This document shows positions 47,355 to 56,714 of a DNA stretch of 64,000 nucleotides, piece after piece (the stretch's first letter is position 1; each line of letters opens with the position of its first letter). Source of the DNA: Lachnospiraceae bacterium. Lineage in GTDB: Bacteria; Bacillota; Clostridia; Lachnospirales; Lachnospiraceae. The notes below the pieces were generated by a model. The model did no database searches. It saw only the letters and a program-made list of their open reading frames with translations, and was not told the DNA's origin. The position numbers were made by a program, and so were the translations under genes. The stretch spans positions 7,031 through 71,030 of the forward strand of contig JAAWBG010000036.1 of assembly GCA_022792535.1 (NCBI GenBank), written 5' to 3'.

Positions 47355-47502
47355 CTTTGCTCACTCCATTTCTATTTTATCTTATTTGTTATTTACAGTC
47401 ATTTTTTATCCTATCACAATTTTTTTGCAAGTACAACCTTCAGAATAAAACTTACAAAAACTTTACAATCCTCACATTTCCCATATTTTCAGGGTTAATA
47501 CG

Positions 47503-47542
47503 GAAAGAGGATGGAAAATTCCATAACTTTCCATCCTCTTTC
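47503..47542. terminator. Terminator-like hairpin after the FN3 gene
   Basis: Perfect 15-bp stem GAAAGAGGATGGAAA / TTTCCATCCTCTTTC. Confidence 0.6.
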
Positions 47543-47566
47543 TTATTTATATTCACAACGTATATT

Positions 47567-48824
47567 TTATTTTCTGTATGTCAAATACCAGCAGTAGGTA
47601 TCATCACTCTTATAAGTCTTCTTTCCTACTTTTCGATTGGCTGTTACAGAAAAATAATATTTCTTGTTATTTTTCAATTTAGATTTTCCATACTTTTTAA
47701 CTGTATAACTTGTCTTCTTGGTGGTAACTACTTTTTTATAGCCAGACTTCTGTTTCGTAGACATAGACACCGTATAATTTTGGGCACCGCTTACCTTACT
47801 CCAAGAAAGTTTAAGTCCGCCGGAAACCTTTTTGATCCTTATCTCTGGCTGTCTTGCAAAATACTCCCAATTAGACCAGGCTCCATACTTTTCTCTGCCG
47901 CCTACATTGATATAATGGCGCGCCCGTATTTTCAGAAATTTATATCCCTTCAGTTTATTATGAGAAAAATATGGGTTTGTTTTTGTTCCGCTCCATTTTC
48001 CCTTTATAATGGCCTTCTTTCCATTGTATGCATAAATCTCATACTGTCCGCCATCTACAATCCTATTTTCATTAAAGGAAAGTTCCAAATACTTGGAACT
48101 ATAATTCCAAAACTCACAATCCAATCCTGTGAGCTTTGTAGGAAGGGTTGGTACATAATAAAGCAAAGTAGAACTTCCTACTGCCTGATATCCACCCTGA
48201 CTCTTATTGACAGGATACACACAGAATTCATATTCCGAATTCTTATTTAATCCTTTCACTGTATAAGAACTCACATTACCTAAATTTATTGTTTTCTTAT
48301 TATCGTTGATTCCTTCTTTTTGATATTCAATCCGATATGCGTTAACTCCATCTGCCTTCTTCCAGGATAAGGTAATGGATGTCTCTGTTGCATTGCTCTC
48401 CCGAAGCTCTGTCACTCTGGCTGACGGTTTTGTCACTACTTCTATTACATCTGAAGGCGTTCCATATGTATAGGTATAATTCGGATAGCCAGAATTATAA
48501 TAAGCTGTCACTCGTACATAATATTTTCTGCCAGGGGTAAGACCATTCATACTTTCCTTAGTACTTGATGTGCCTCCCCAGCTGCCCATATTATCTTTCA
48601 CGCCGCCAGTAAAATTCCTGTCTGCGCAGATCTCTACCTTATACTCCACACCATTTCCAATAACAGCATCCCAGGTAACTTCTATACTGCCGGTACTATT
48701 ATAAGTCTGCTCTACACCTGTTACTTTTCCAGGGCCTGCGGCCTCAGCCTTTACCCCCCCCCAGAACTAATGTACACATAAGAGCTAGTGTACCAGCCTG
48801 AAGCATTTTCCACAAATTCTTCAT
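47567..48824 (-). pseudogene. Secreted FN3-repeat protein frameshifted at a G9 tract in its signal peptide (phase-OFF state or sequencing error)
   Basis: ATG 48824 gives MKNLWKMLQAGTLALMCTLVLGGGKG* with G9; G8 gives ..LVLGGVKAEA-AGPGKVTGV.. joined to track ORF 47567..48649 (418 aa). Confidence 0.82.
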
Positions 48825-48896
48825 ACTCAAATATTCCTTTCTTTCTTACTTTTCCGTTGCATCTTCCTGTCTTTGTTAATAGTTACTTACGTTATT

Positions 48897-48926
48897 ATGA
48901 TACTATTGATAACTAGAATATGTCAA
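48897..48926 (-). promoter_or_regulatory. Probable sigma-A promoter of the FN3 gene
   Basis: TTGACA-18 nt-TATCAT. Confidence 0.5.
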
Positions 48927-48960
48927 CTAAATTATGATTTAAATCTCTACCTCTTACAAA

Positions 48961-49060
48961 AGAGCTGTTGCAAAAGACAGAGATTCTGCAACATATCATC
49001 ACAATCTCAACCAGCCTGTGAACGATATGTTGTAGAATTCTCTCATTTTGCAGCAGCCCT
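48961..49060. mobile_element. 100-bp palindromic MITE/REP-like element
   Basis: Terminal inverted repeats AGAGCTGTTGCAAAA / revcomp AGGGCTGCTGCAAAA, internal 14-bp and 5-bp stems. Confidence 0.5.
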
Positions 49061-49088
49061 GTATCGCCAATTACTTATCAAACTTTTC

Positions 49089-50168
49089 TCAATATCCAGT
49101 ATTTGCCCGAATCGTTGCGCTTAAGTTTTTCACTGTCTCAGAAGGAGTATAGGCTTCATTTGTATATAGGAACTGGTGGAGCTGAATTACATTGCTCTCC
49201 AAATCAATGGGAATTACCATATCTCCCAAACTTCCCACGTCATGAGATTCCTTATCAAATGGAAATCCTGTATTCTCTCCCATATGGTACTTTGCTACAT
49301 TTCCCGCCAGTCCTAACATCTCTGTCATGCTCAAACTGGTGGAAATCTGAGGCAGCATTTCATCCAAAAGGCTGTTCAATGTAAAAATATCACAGCTTTT
49401 AGCCTTTTCAAACATTTTTGTAATCACCGTTCTCTGGCGTTCCGTACGCTGATAGTCCAGTCCCACGTAACGAATTCTGGCATATGAGGTGGCCTGCACT
49501 CCGTCTACGTGTACATTGGTGCCAGCCGACACTGTGCCGCTGTTGTGTCCAGTCACCTTATTGGTCTCTACTACATATCCGTTCAGCCACTTCGCCTCTT
49601 CCTCTGTAATATCCAGTTCAATTCCGCCTAACAGATCAATGGCATCCACCAACGCATTAAAATCCACACTGACATAATCTGTGATATTCAGATCCAGATT
49701 TTTATTCAGCATCTCCATAGCTTGTTTGGGGCCTCCATTGGCATAAGCTGCATTCGCTTTGCGGAATTTATCATTCTCAATATCCAGATAGGTATCTCGA
49801 TACACGGAAGCCATCTTAATCTCTCCGGTTTTCTTATTAATACTTACCACAATAATCGTATCGCTGTTTCCGCTCTCAAAGTTTCCAGTGGAACGGTTAT
49901 CTAATCCAAACAGCGCAATACTCTCGTATCCTTTCAGTCCTTTTTCTGTATCTTTTGTCAGATCATTGACTTTTACATCCTTATCTTTGATATCAATCCT
50001 TCCCAGTTTCCCGTATTTGCTCCATGCATAGGCAAATACAAGCCCGATCAGCGCCAGCAGAATGGCTGCGATTACCAGGATTACTTTCCGCTTCTGTTTT
50101 TTTCTTCGATTGGTTTTCTTCTTCTTTTTTCTGTGCCCTTCTTCATACCTTTCTCTGTCTCTTGCCAT
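49089..50168 (-). CDS. LCP-family glycopolymer transferase (second copy)
   Basis: Basic N-terminus plus TM, GLDNR, SDTIIV, SVYRDT, DYQRTERQR. Confidence 0.92.
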   Translation of the reverse strand: MARDRERYEEGHRKKKKKTNRRKKQKRKVILVIAAILLALIGLVFAYAWSKYGKLGRIDIKDKDVKVNDLTKDTEKGLKGYESIALFGLDNRSTGNFESGNSDTIIVVSINKKTGEIKMASVYRDTYLDIENDKFRKANAAYANGGPKQAMEMLNKNLDLNITDYVSVDFNALVDAIDLLGGIELDITEEEAKWLNGYVVETNKVTGHNSGTVSAGTNVHVDGVQATSYARIRYVGLDYQRTERQRTVITKMFEKAKSCDIFTLNSLLDEMLPQISTSLSMTEMLGLAGNVAKYHMGENTGFPFDKESHDVGSLGDMVIPIDLESNVIQLHQFLYTNEAYTPSETVKNLSATIRANTGY

Positions 50169-50212
50169 TTATGTCCTCCTTATCAGATGTCTGGCCATTT
50201 AAAAAATCTTCT

Positions 50213-51622
50213 CTATACAAATACAACAATTCCCAGAATATTACTCTTCTGTTCTCTTGCCAGATTCAATTCATTGGAGATCTCATCATAGATAGACTGT
50301 CCGATCTGCTCCACAAACAACAGATTTCCGATGGCGGTTCCCTGTTTTAAGGATTCTGCATCATAGAAAATATTTCCACCTTCCTGAATCTGTACTCCCT
50401 GTGCCATCAGTTCCTGCTTCAAGGATTCTAACACATTTTTGTCTGCTTTCTCATATTCACTCCCTGTCAGATAAATATGATCCATTCCCTGTTGTTTGCA
50501 GGAAAGAGCAATATTGGCAGACACCATCTTGATCTGCTGATCCGGCGACAATTTTTTCCTTCTTCTGTCTTTTACCGCCAACAATTTTGCATCAACGCCA
50601 GGCAGGAATCTGCTCTGTTTTGAGGGAACCTCTATCTCTCCCAACAGACGCATACCGTAAAGGCTCCGAATCTCTTCCGAGTTTTGCAGCCTGGCTGTAA
50701 ACAGCATCTTACACACAATCCAGATGCATACCAGAAAAACTCCAAATATAGCTCCCAATACAGCGTATTTCACACTGAACCCAGGCGTTGGAATAAGATT
50801 TTCTTCTTTTTCCTCTGAGTCTTCCTCTTTATCATTTTTCAAAAGATTCAGCTGCGGTTCCGTCATATTTGTTTTCAAATTATTCAATTGATTCTGGAGC
50901 CTGGTTATAGTATCAAAGATTACGCCTTTCCGATCTATCAAATCCTTGTCCACCACAAAATCCTGAGATTCACCTAAAAGGATCAATTGATGCGCTCCAA
51001 TCTGCTGAATCTCAGACTCCTTCTTACTGATCTGCTTTTTCACAGACTCCCCAATAGATTCTAGCTGTTCTTCCTTAGGATAAGCAATTGTTATCACAAG
51101 GGTTGTGTTATCCATATCCACAGATCTTAACTCACTAAAATCCTCTTGGCTGATAGAAAGACCAGCTTCCTTGATGATTTCGCTGCTCATCTCACCGCTG
51201 GCAGCATAATTACTATAAGCATTTATCACATCCCCTGTATAATCGCGAACATTGTCCCTTGTGTAATTGATCACATAATCTGATTTGACATAGTACTGCA
51301 AAGTTAGTCTCGCTTCTCTGTATGGATCAATCTGCATCCAGGCAGACTCTTCCATATAATTCTCATATTCCGCCATCTGCGCTATCAATTCTTTGGCCTC
51401 TGCGACCTGCTCTAACTCTTCCTCTGTCAAAGCTTCTTCTGTCTGTTCCTGGTCCATATTTTGGGCAGCCTGATAAGCTCTGGTATCCCGCACATATTTT
51501 ACGCTTCCCAGCAGAACTGCAAATAAAAGCCCAAAACAAATAATCTGCCGCCATCCCAGCAGAATATTCCAGAATAATTCTAACAGGTTAATTTCCCGTT
51601 CCATTCTCTCCTGTGTCTCCAT
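50213..51622 (-). CDS. Wzz/CpsC-like polysaccharide co-polymerase (chain-length regulator)
   Basis: EINLLELFWNIL..TM, coiled-coil periplasmic region, second TM KYAVLGAIFG; ATG overlaps the upstream TAA. Confidence 0.7.
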   Translation of the reverse strand: METQERMEREINLLELFWNILLGWRQIICFGLLFAVLLGSVKYVRDTRAYQAAQNMDQEQTEEALTEEELEQVAEAKELIAQMAEYENYMEESAWMQIDPYREARLTLQYYVKSDYVINYTRDNVRDYTGDVINAYSNYAASGEMSSEIIKEAGLSISQEDFSELRSVDMDNTTLVITIAYPKEEQLESIGESVKKQISKKESEIQQIGAHQLILLGESQDFVVDKDLIDRKGVIFDTITRLQNQLNNLKTNMTEPQLNLLKNDKEEDSEEKEENLIPTPGFSVKYAVLGAIFGVFLVCIWIVCKMLFTARLQNSEEIRSLYGMRLLGEIEVPSKQSRFLPGVDAKLLAVKDRRRKKLSPDQQIKMVSANIALSCKQQGMDHIYLTGSEYEKADKNVLESLKQELMAQGVQIQEGGNIFYDAESLKQGTAIGNLLFVEQIGQSIYDEISNELNLAREQKSNILGIVVFV

Positions 51623-52764
51623 TAAAATTTCCTCCACACCATTTTATCAACGATTCCCGTATAACTCTGAATGATTTTGACTACTTTCGTACTGACATTT
51701 TCATCCACATAATTGGGAACTTCTGTGCCAAAATCTCCATTCTTCTGCATCTCCACTGCAAGATCTACCGCCTGCAGCACTTGTTCTGTAGTGATACTTC
51801 CTATAATGAAGTTTCCCTTATCAATTGCCTCCGGCCGTTCTGTACTGGTCCGCACGCATACCGCTGGAAAAGCCATTCCCTTACTGTTAAAGTAAGCGCT
51901 TTCCTCTGGCAGAGTTCCACTGTCTGAAACCACGCAAAAAGCATTCAGCTGCAGATGATTGTAATCCGAGAATCCAAAAGGCTGCAGATTTCTCACCAAT
52001 GGATGGAACTGAAACTTTCTGGCTTCAATAAATTTTCTGCTTCTTGGATGAGTGCTGTAGATAATGGGCATCTGATAATTTTCCGCCATATTGTTCACTG
52101 CATTCATCAAGGCCATAAAATTGTCTTCATTGTCAATATTCTCTTCCCGATGGGCAGATAACAGAATATACTTTCCTGCTTCAATTCCCAGTGTCTCTAA
52201 CACTCTGCTGCTCTTAATCTTCTCAAGATTAGCAGTCAAAACCTCAGCCATAGGGGAACCTGTCACATAGGTCCGTTCTCTGGCTGTCCCTTCCTGGTTC
52301 AGATATCTGCGGGCATGTTCAGAATAGCACAGATTAACGTCTGAAATATGATCCACAATCCTTCGATTCGTTTCTTCCGGCAGACGCTCGTCAAAACAGC
52401 GGTTGCCTGCCTCCATATGAAAAATTGGAATGTGCAGACGTTTCGCAGAGATTGCTGACAGACAGGAATTAGTATCTCCTAATATTAATAAGGCATCCGG
52501 CCTTATTTCATTCATCAGTTTAAAACTTTTTGCAATAATATTTCCAATGGTCTCTCCTAAATCTTCTCCCACTGCATCCAGATAATAGTCTGGCTCCCGC
52601 AGGCCCAAATCTTCAAAAAATATCTGGTTCAGGGTATAATCCCAGTTCTGTCCAGTGTGCACAAGAATCTGTTCAAAATATCGATCGCACTTTTTGATAG
52701 CCTCTGATAACCGTATGATCTCCGGACGGGTTCCTATGATCGTCATTAATTTCAGTTTTCTCAT
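51622..52764 (-). CDS. fnlC: UDP-N-acetylglucosamine 2-epimerase family (FnlC/Cap5G type)
   Basis: IGTRPEII, HTGQNWD, LGDTNS, HMEAGNRCFD..PEETNR, HREEN, SDSG. Confidence 0.88.
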   Translation of the reverse strand: MRKLKLMTIIGTRPEIIRLSEAIKKCDRYFEQILVHTGQNWDYTLNQIFFEDLGLREPDYYLDAVGEDLGETIGNIIAKSFKLMNEIRPDALLILGDTNSCLSAISAKRLHIPIFHMEAGNRCFDERLPEETNRRIVDHISDVNLCYSEHARRYLNQEGTARERTYVTGSPMAEVLTANLEKIKSSRVLETLGIEAGKYILLSAHREENIDNEDNFMALMNAVNNMAENYQMPIIYSTHPRSRKFIEARKFQFHPLVRNLQPFGFSDYNHLQLNAFCVVSDSGTLPEESAYFNSKGMAFPAVCVRTSTERPEAIDKGNFIIGSITTEQVLQAVDLAVEMQKNGDFGTEVPNYVDENVSTKVVKIIQSYTGIVDKMVWRKF

Positions 52765-53948
52765 TTCTCGCAAATACCTTTCTCACTGACATCCCTCTCA
52801 TCTACCTTTAAAAAATAGGTGTCTGGCTTCTCAGAACAAAAACATTCATTACACCACATAAAGGTGACAAGATCTGTATCCCCCTCATTGATAATATTGT
52901 GGGTATATCCTGTGGGAATGTCCACAACTTCTATCTTATCTCCGCTTACATGATACTCAATAATCTCATTACTGTCAACCTTTCGAAACTGTATCAAGGC
53001 TTTTCCGCTGACCACCACAAATTTTTCATTCTTTGTATGATGCCAGTGTTCTCCCTTGGTAATGCCAGGTTTTGAGATATTGACGGAAAACTGTCCCCTG
53101 TCCTGAGTCCTTAGAATCTCCGTAAAACTTCCCCTTTCATCTATGTTCATTTTCAGGGGATAAGAAAACTGATCCGTAGGCAGATAGCTTAAATATGCGG
53201 CATACAATTTCTTTACCAGCCCGCCTTCCGTCATATCCGGCACGCTGCGGTCCTCTCTGCTCTTTTTAAAAGAATAGATCAGATCCACAATCTCTCCCAA
53301 AGTGATGGTATGAACCTTTGGCACAAAACAATACCCCTGTTCCTCTTTATGGGCCTTTCCCTGCAGAGCTGCAATCAGTTCCGCCACAAGATCATCAATA
53401 TAAACTAAATGCATGACCACATTCGGATCATTCACCTGGATGGGCAGATCATTTGCAATGTTATGACAGAAGGTAGCAATGGCTGAGTTGTAATTGGGCC
53501 GGCACCATTTCCCAAACACATTAGGATAGCGGTAGACATAAACCTCAGCCCCTGTCTCTTTCCCATACTGAAAGATCAAATCTTCTCCCGCTTTCTTGCT
53601 CTGGCCATATGGGTTGTCCAATGATGCCTGTATGGAAGAAGAGATCATAATGGGACAGTTATTTTTATGCTTTTTTAAGGTCTCCAGCAGTTTAGAGGTA
53701 AAACCAAAATTTCCCTCCATAAATTCCTTCTGTTCTTTGGGACGGTTTACTCCCGCTAAATGAAACACAAAGTCGCAGTCAGTGCAGTATGCATCTAACA
53801 GCGGCTCTGTGGAATCTACATCATATTCATAAATAGTAAGATCTGTTGTCAGCCCGAAAGACTGATCCTTTTTTGTTCGAATATTATTTAATGTTGTAAT
53901 AAGATTGCGTCCTATGAAACCTTTGGCTCCGGTAATTAAAATTTTCAT
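52761..53948 (-). CDS. fnlB: NAD-dependent epimerase/reductase with cupin domain (FnlB/Cap5F type)
   Basis: ITGAKGFIG, HLAGVNRP, YGQSK, NVFGKWCRPNYNS, GEHWHHTKNEKF; start moved to MKILITG. Confidence 0.88.
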   Translation of the reverse strand: MKILITGAKGFIGRNLITTLNNIRTKKDQSFGLTTDLTIYEYDVDSTEPLLDAYCTDCDFVFHLAGVNRPKEQKEFMEGNFGFTSKLLETLKKHKNNCPIMISSSIQASLDNPYGQSKKAGEDLIFQYGKETGAEVYVYRYPNVFGKWCRPNYNSAIATFCHNIANDLPIQVNDPNVVMHLVYIDDLVAELIAALQGKAHKEEQGYCFVPKVHTITLGEIVDLIYSFKKSREDRSVPDMTEGGLVKKLYAAYLSYLPTDQFSYPLKMNIDERGSFTEILRTQDRGQFSVNISKPGITKGEHWHHTKNEKFVVVSGKALIQFRKVDSNEIIEYHVSGDKIEVVDIPTGYTHNIINEGDTDLVTFMWCNECFCSEKPDTYFLKVDERDVSEKGICEK

Positions 53949-54061
53949 GATTCTTTCCTTTCCCTGATCATCCTTTTCTGGCTCCATTATACGCAAGGAA
54001 TCCGTAAGAATCAATAAAATTTTACCCACAGATCATTATCAAATCCTTTTACCTCTCAAAT

Positions 54062-55123
54062 TCACTCCTTCTCTTTATTTTCGGCTTCATTCATATTTAA
54101 GAATTGTTCTAAACAATACATCTGCCATTTCTGGTTTCCGGTGAACTTTTTCATATCAATATCTTCTCTGAATTCCGGTCTGACTGGTCCCCGCCATTCT
54201 TTAAAATATTCGTCAACTGGTCTTGGCATTGGTACTTTATCCGGCACAGAAATCTCTGGATATTTCTTGGCCATCAATTGACGGATTAAATATTTGGGCT
54301 CGCCACTACGAACACGCCGAAGATCCAGTTCTTCTGCCATCTTAAGTCTTGCATAAGGATCATAATATGGCATCTCTGCCACTGCAAAAGCATTTAGATA
54401 AGAGCTGGATGATTCAATGGAAAATACATCGTCCATAAATTTTAAAAAATCAATACCATTCTCATTCATTCTATAACGTTCAAACAAATACCGCATATCT
54501 TCACTCTCTGTTAAAACATCCTCTGGTTTCGTAAACATATAGCGGTCTACAAATTCATCAAACGTCCAGTCCTTTGCCAAAAGACCATCCATACCTCCGA
54601 AAACAAGATCGCTGCTTTCCCCAACAAACATCATTTCTATGCCGTCATTTTTGGCTTGTAACGCCGCCTGTAAAATCTGAGGTTCAATTGAATGTACCGG
54701 CGCACATTTTGCCCTCATAACAGGTTCCAGATAAGAGGTAACTGTTTCCCATGAAATATCTATATAATGGAGACGCAGGTTATAGTACCTGGCATAATAT
54801 TCTGCCCTTGCTAATTCATCTTTCTGAAATTCACCTCCAAGAAAACGAAAGGTGTATGCATCAGCTCCAGCAAGATAGGAAGCTACAATGGCAGAGTCCA
54901 TCCCTCCTGAAAGCATAACTCCTTTTTTCACATCTTTGAACTGATCCATCTGCCTGCGAATTTCATCGTCAATGTCCTCCGCTGTCCTGACATAAACTTT
55001 TTCTTTCTCCGAAACAGGCGTTATATTTCTATGGTGCCCATAATCATAAAAATCTTTACCGTCATCTTCAATATAACGAAATGCCATATAAGAGCTCATA
55101 CAATATTTTTTATCTGCTGCCAT
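54062..55123 (-). CDS. Asparagine-synthase C-terminal-domain-like PP-loop ATPase lacking the glutaminase domain
   Basis: MLSGGMDS PP-loop, YTFRF..DEL..A, GESSDLVFGG; no N-terminal Cys Ntn domain. Confidence 0.75.
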   Translation of the reverse strand: MAADKKYCMSSYMAFRYIEDDGKDFYDYGHHRNITPVSEKEKVYVRTAEDIDDEIRRQMDQFKDVKKGVMLSGGMDSAIVASYLAGADAYTFRFLGGEFQKDELARAEYYARYYNLRLHYIDISWETVTSYLEPVMRAKCAPVHSIEPQILQAALQAKNDGIEMMFVGESSDLVFGGMDGLLAKDWTFDEFVDRYMFTKPEDVLTESEDMRYLFERYRMNENGIDFLKFMDDVFSIESSSSYLNAFAVAEMPYYDPYARLKMAEELDLRRVRSGEPKYLIRQLMAKKYPEISVPDKVPMPRPVDEYFKEWRGPVRPEFREDIDMKKFTGNQKWQMYCLEQFLNMNEAENKEKE

Positions 55124-55165
55124 TGATTTTCGTCCTCCTGATTTATCATCCGATTTCTATCTGTT

Positions 55166-55600
55166 TTATTTTACATCCTGCAAATCATCTTTGCGCACCG
55201 CTTTTAATGCCTCTGTAATCTTTGTAGAAGAAATCCCCTTTGTATATGGAAAATAAACAATTTTTATTCCTTCTTTGGAAAATTCTTCTTCATATTTCTT
55301 CCATTTATCAGTCCCATACCAATCGTCCCCCACAAAAAGATAAGAAGCTCCAAGCTTTTTGCAGGCTGTCAATTTGTCCATATCATACTGAGGTACTGCA
55401 GCATCTATATATCTGCAGCTGCGAATCAGCTCAATACGATCTTCAAAAGGAATCATCGACGTTTTCCCTTTATATTTCACAAGCTCATCCACCGTAACGC
55501 CTACGATCAGTTTATCGCACATTCCCTTGGCATTTTTGAAAAGATTAAGATGTCCCACATGAAATAAATCATAGACTCCCGTTGTGTATCCTATAATCAT
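55166..55600 (-). CDS. TagD-like cytidylyltransferase (HxGH nucleotidyltransferase)
   Basis: YTTGVYDLFHVGHLN, LFVGDDW, YTKGISST. Confidence 0.88.
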   Translation of the reverse strand: MIIGYTTGVYDLFHVGHLNLFKNAKGMCDKLIVGVTVDELVKYKGKTSMIPFEDRIELIRSCRYIDAAVPQYDMDKLTACKKLGASYLFVGDDWYGTDKWKKYEEEFSKEGIKIVYFPYTKGISSTKITEALKAVRKDDLQDVK

Positions 55601-56637
55601 CAGCCCTTCTCCTTCTCGTACAGATAATCTTTCATTTCAACAGAAATTGCATCAAAGGCTCTTCCATGAGCACCATAAAACTTTTTCCAATAACCAATAT
55701 TTTGAGCCGATTTTTCTGGTTCGAAATATTTATGTAGGTGCAGATGGTTTCTTTCATCCAGGGAAATATCGAGAAAATCTGCAATTTCTTTCTTGACCAT
55801 TTCTGTTTTCAGTACGATATCTTCAAATCTAACATACATAATATCTGGATCGGAAGGAAGATTTTTCCTCATTTCCAGCTGCCACTGTGAAAAGCAAAAT
55901 CCATCCTCATACGTTATCCAATCGTCTATATAACGTCCCTGACTGAGCAGATTTGCCAAAATGTCCCGCGGGTCCCTGTCAACTACAATCATCTTTGCCT
56001 TTCTGAAGTAATTATGAATTCTTTTCCCATCACGAGGAGCCAGCGCCAGATCCAAAAGTATAAAGTCTGCTCCCTCTCTTTCTGCTGCATCCGTATATAA
56101 CTCATCAAAGTACTCTTTTGTGGCCTGATAAAATTGTTCCCTGTCAGGTCTCGAAAAATAGTTCTTAGTACTTCTGTTTGCAGTTTTTAATTTTCCTTTC
56201 GAATATATTTCCAGGCCAAACCTGATCCTGTTTATCACATAAGCAGGGTAGCTCATTTTAAATTTGTGATAATAAAAATCTCTGTAATAGTGGCATTCCG
56301 TAAGTTTTTCCAAATAATTTTCTGTAATTTCCATAAATCTAGGATTAATATTTTTCGTATAATTCAATCCGGCCCTTGCAAAGGGGTTTTTCCCTCCGCC
56401 TTTTCTGCCGCAGATCTTGGCTAAATGCAAAAAATCTATCATGGCTCCAGAAGCATTAATCCAATCCCAGTCATCAACCAGCGCCCGCTCCATTGGCTTG
56501 ATCCCATAGGGATCACAGATCAGACGCATCTCTGTATCATTATGATAAAATCCTTTATATTCGCTTAACAAGTCAACCACAGCGCTTGCACCAGACCCAT
56601 GATATCCTCCAATCACAAGATATGTACTATCTGTCAA
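55600..56637 (-). CDS. Sulfotransferase-fold protein
   Basis: N-terminal GYHGSGAS loop, DRDPRD, YVRFED; TTG start with AAGGAGG RBS. Confidence 0.65.
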   Translation of the reverse strand: MTDSTYLVIGGYHGSGASAVVDLLSEYKGFYHNDTEMRLICDPYGIKPMERALVDDWDWINASGAMIDFLHLAKICGRKGGGKNPFARAGLNYTKNINPRFMEITENYLEKLTECHYYRDFYYHKFKMSYPAYVINRIRFGLEIYSKGKLKTANRSTKNYFSRPDREQFYQATKEYFDELYTDAAEREGADFILLDLALAPRDGKRIHNYFRKAKMIVVDRDPRDILANLLSQGRYIDDWITYEDGFCFSQWQLEMRKNLPSDPDIMYVRFEDIVLKTEMVKKEIADFLDISLDERNHLHLHKYFEPEKSAQNIGYWKKFYGAHGRAFDAISVEMKDYLYEKEKG

Positions 56638-56714
56638 TGAAATTTTCCTCCTTATATTTAAAAATAAAATCTGTATTTTATATCTGTAGATTTATGATTC
56701 CGTATGTTTTCCTA

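Noticed and set aside
47312-48250. 312-aa plus-strand ORF
   Set aside because: Antisense shadow of the FN3 gene with no RBS or motif
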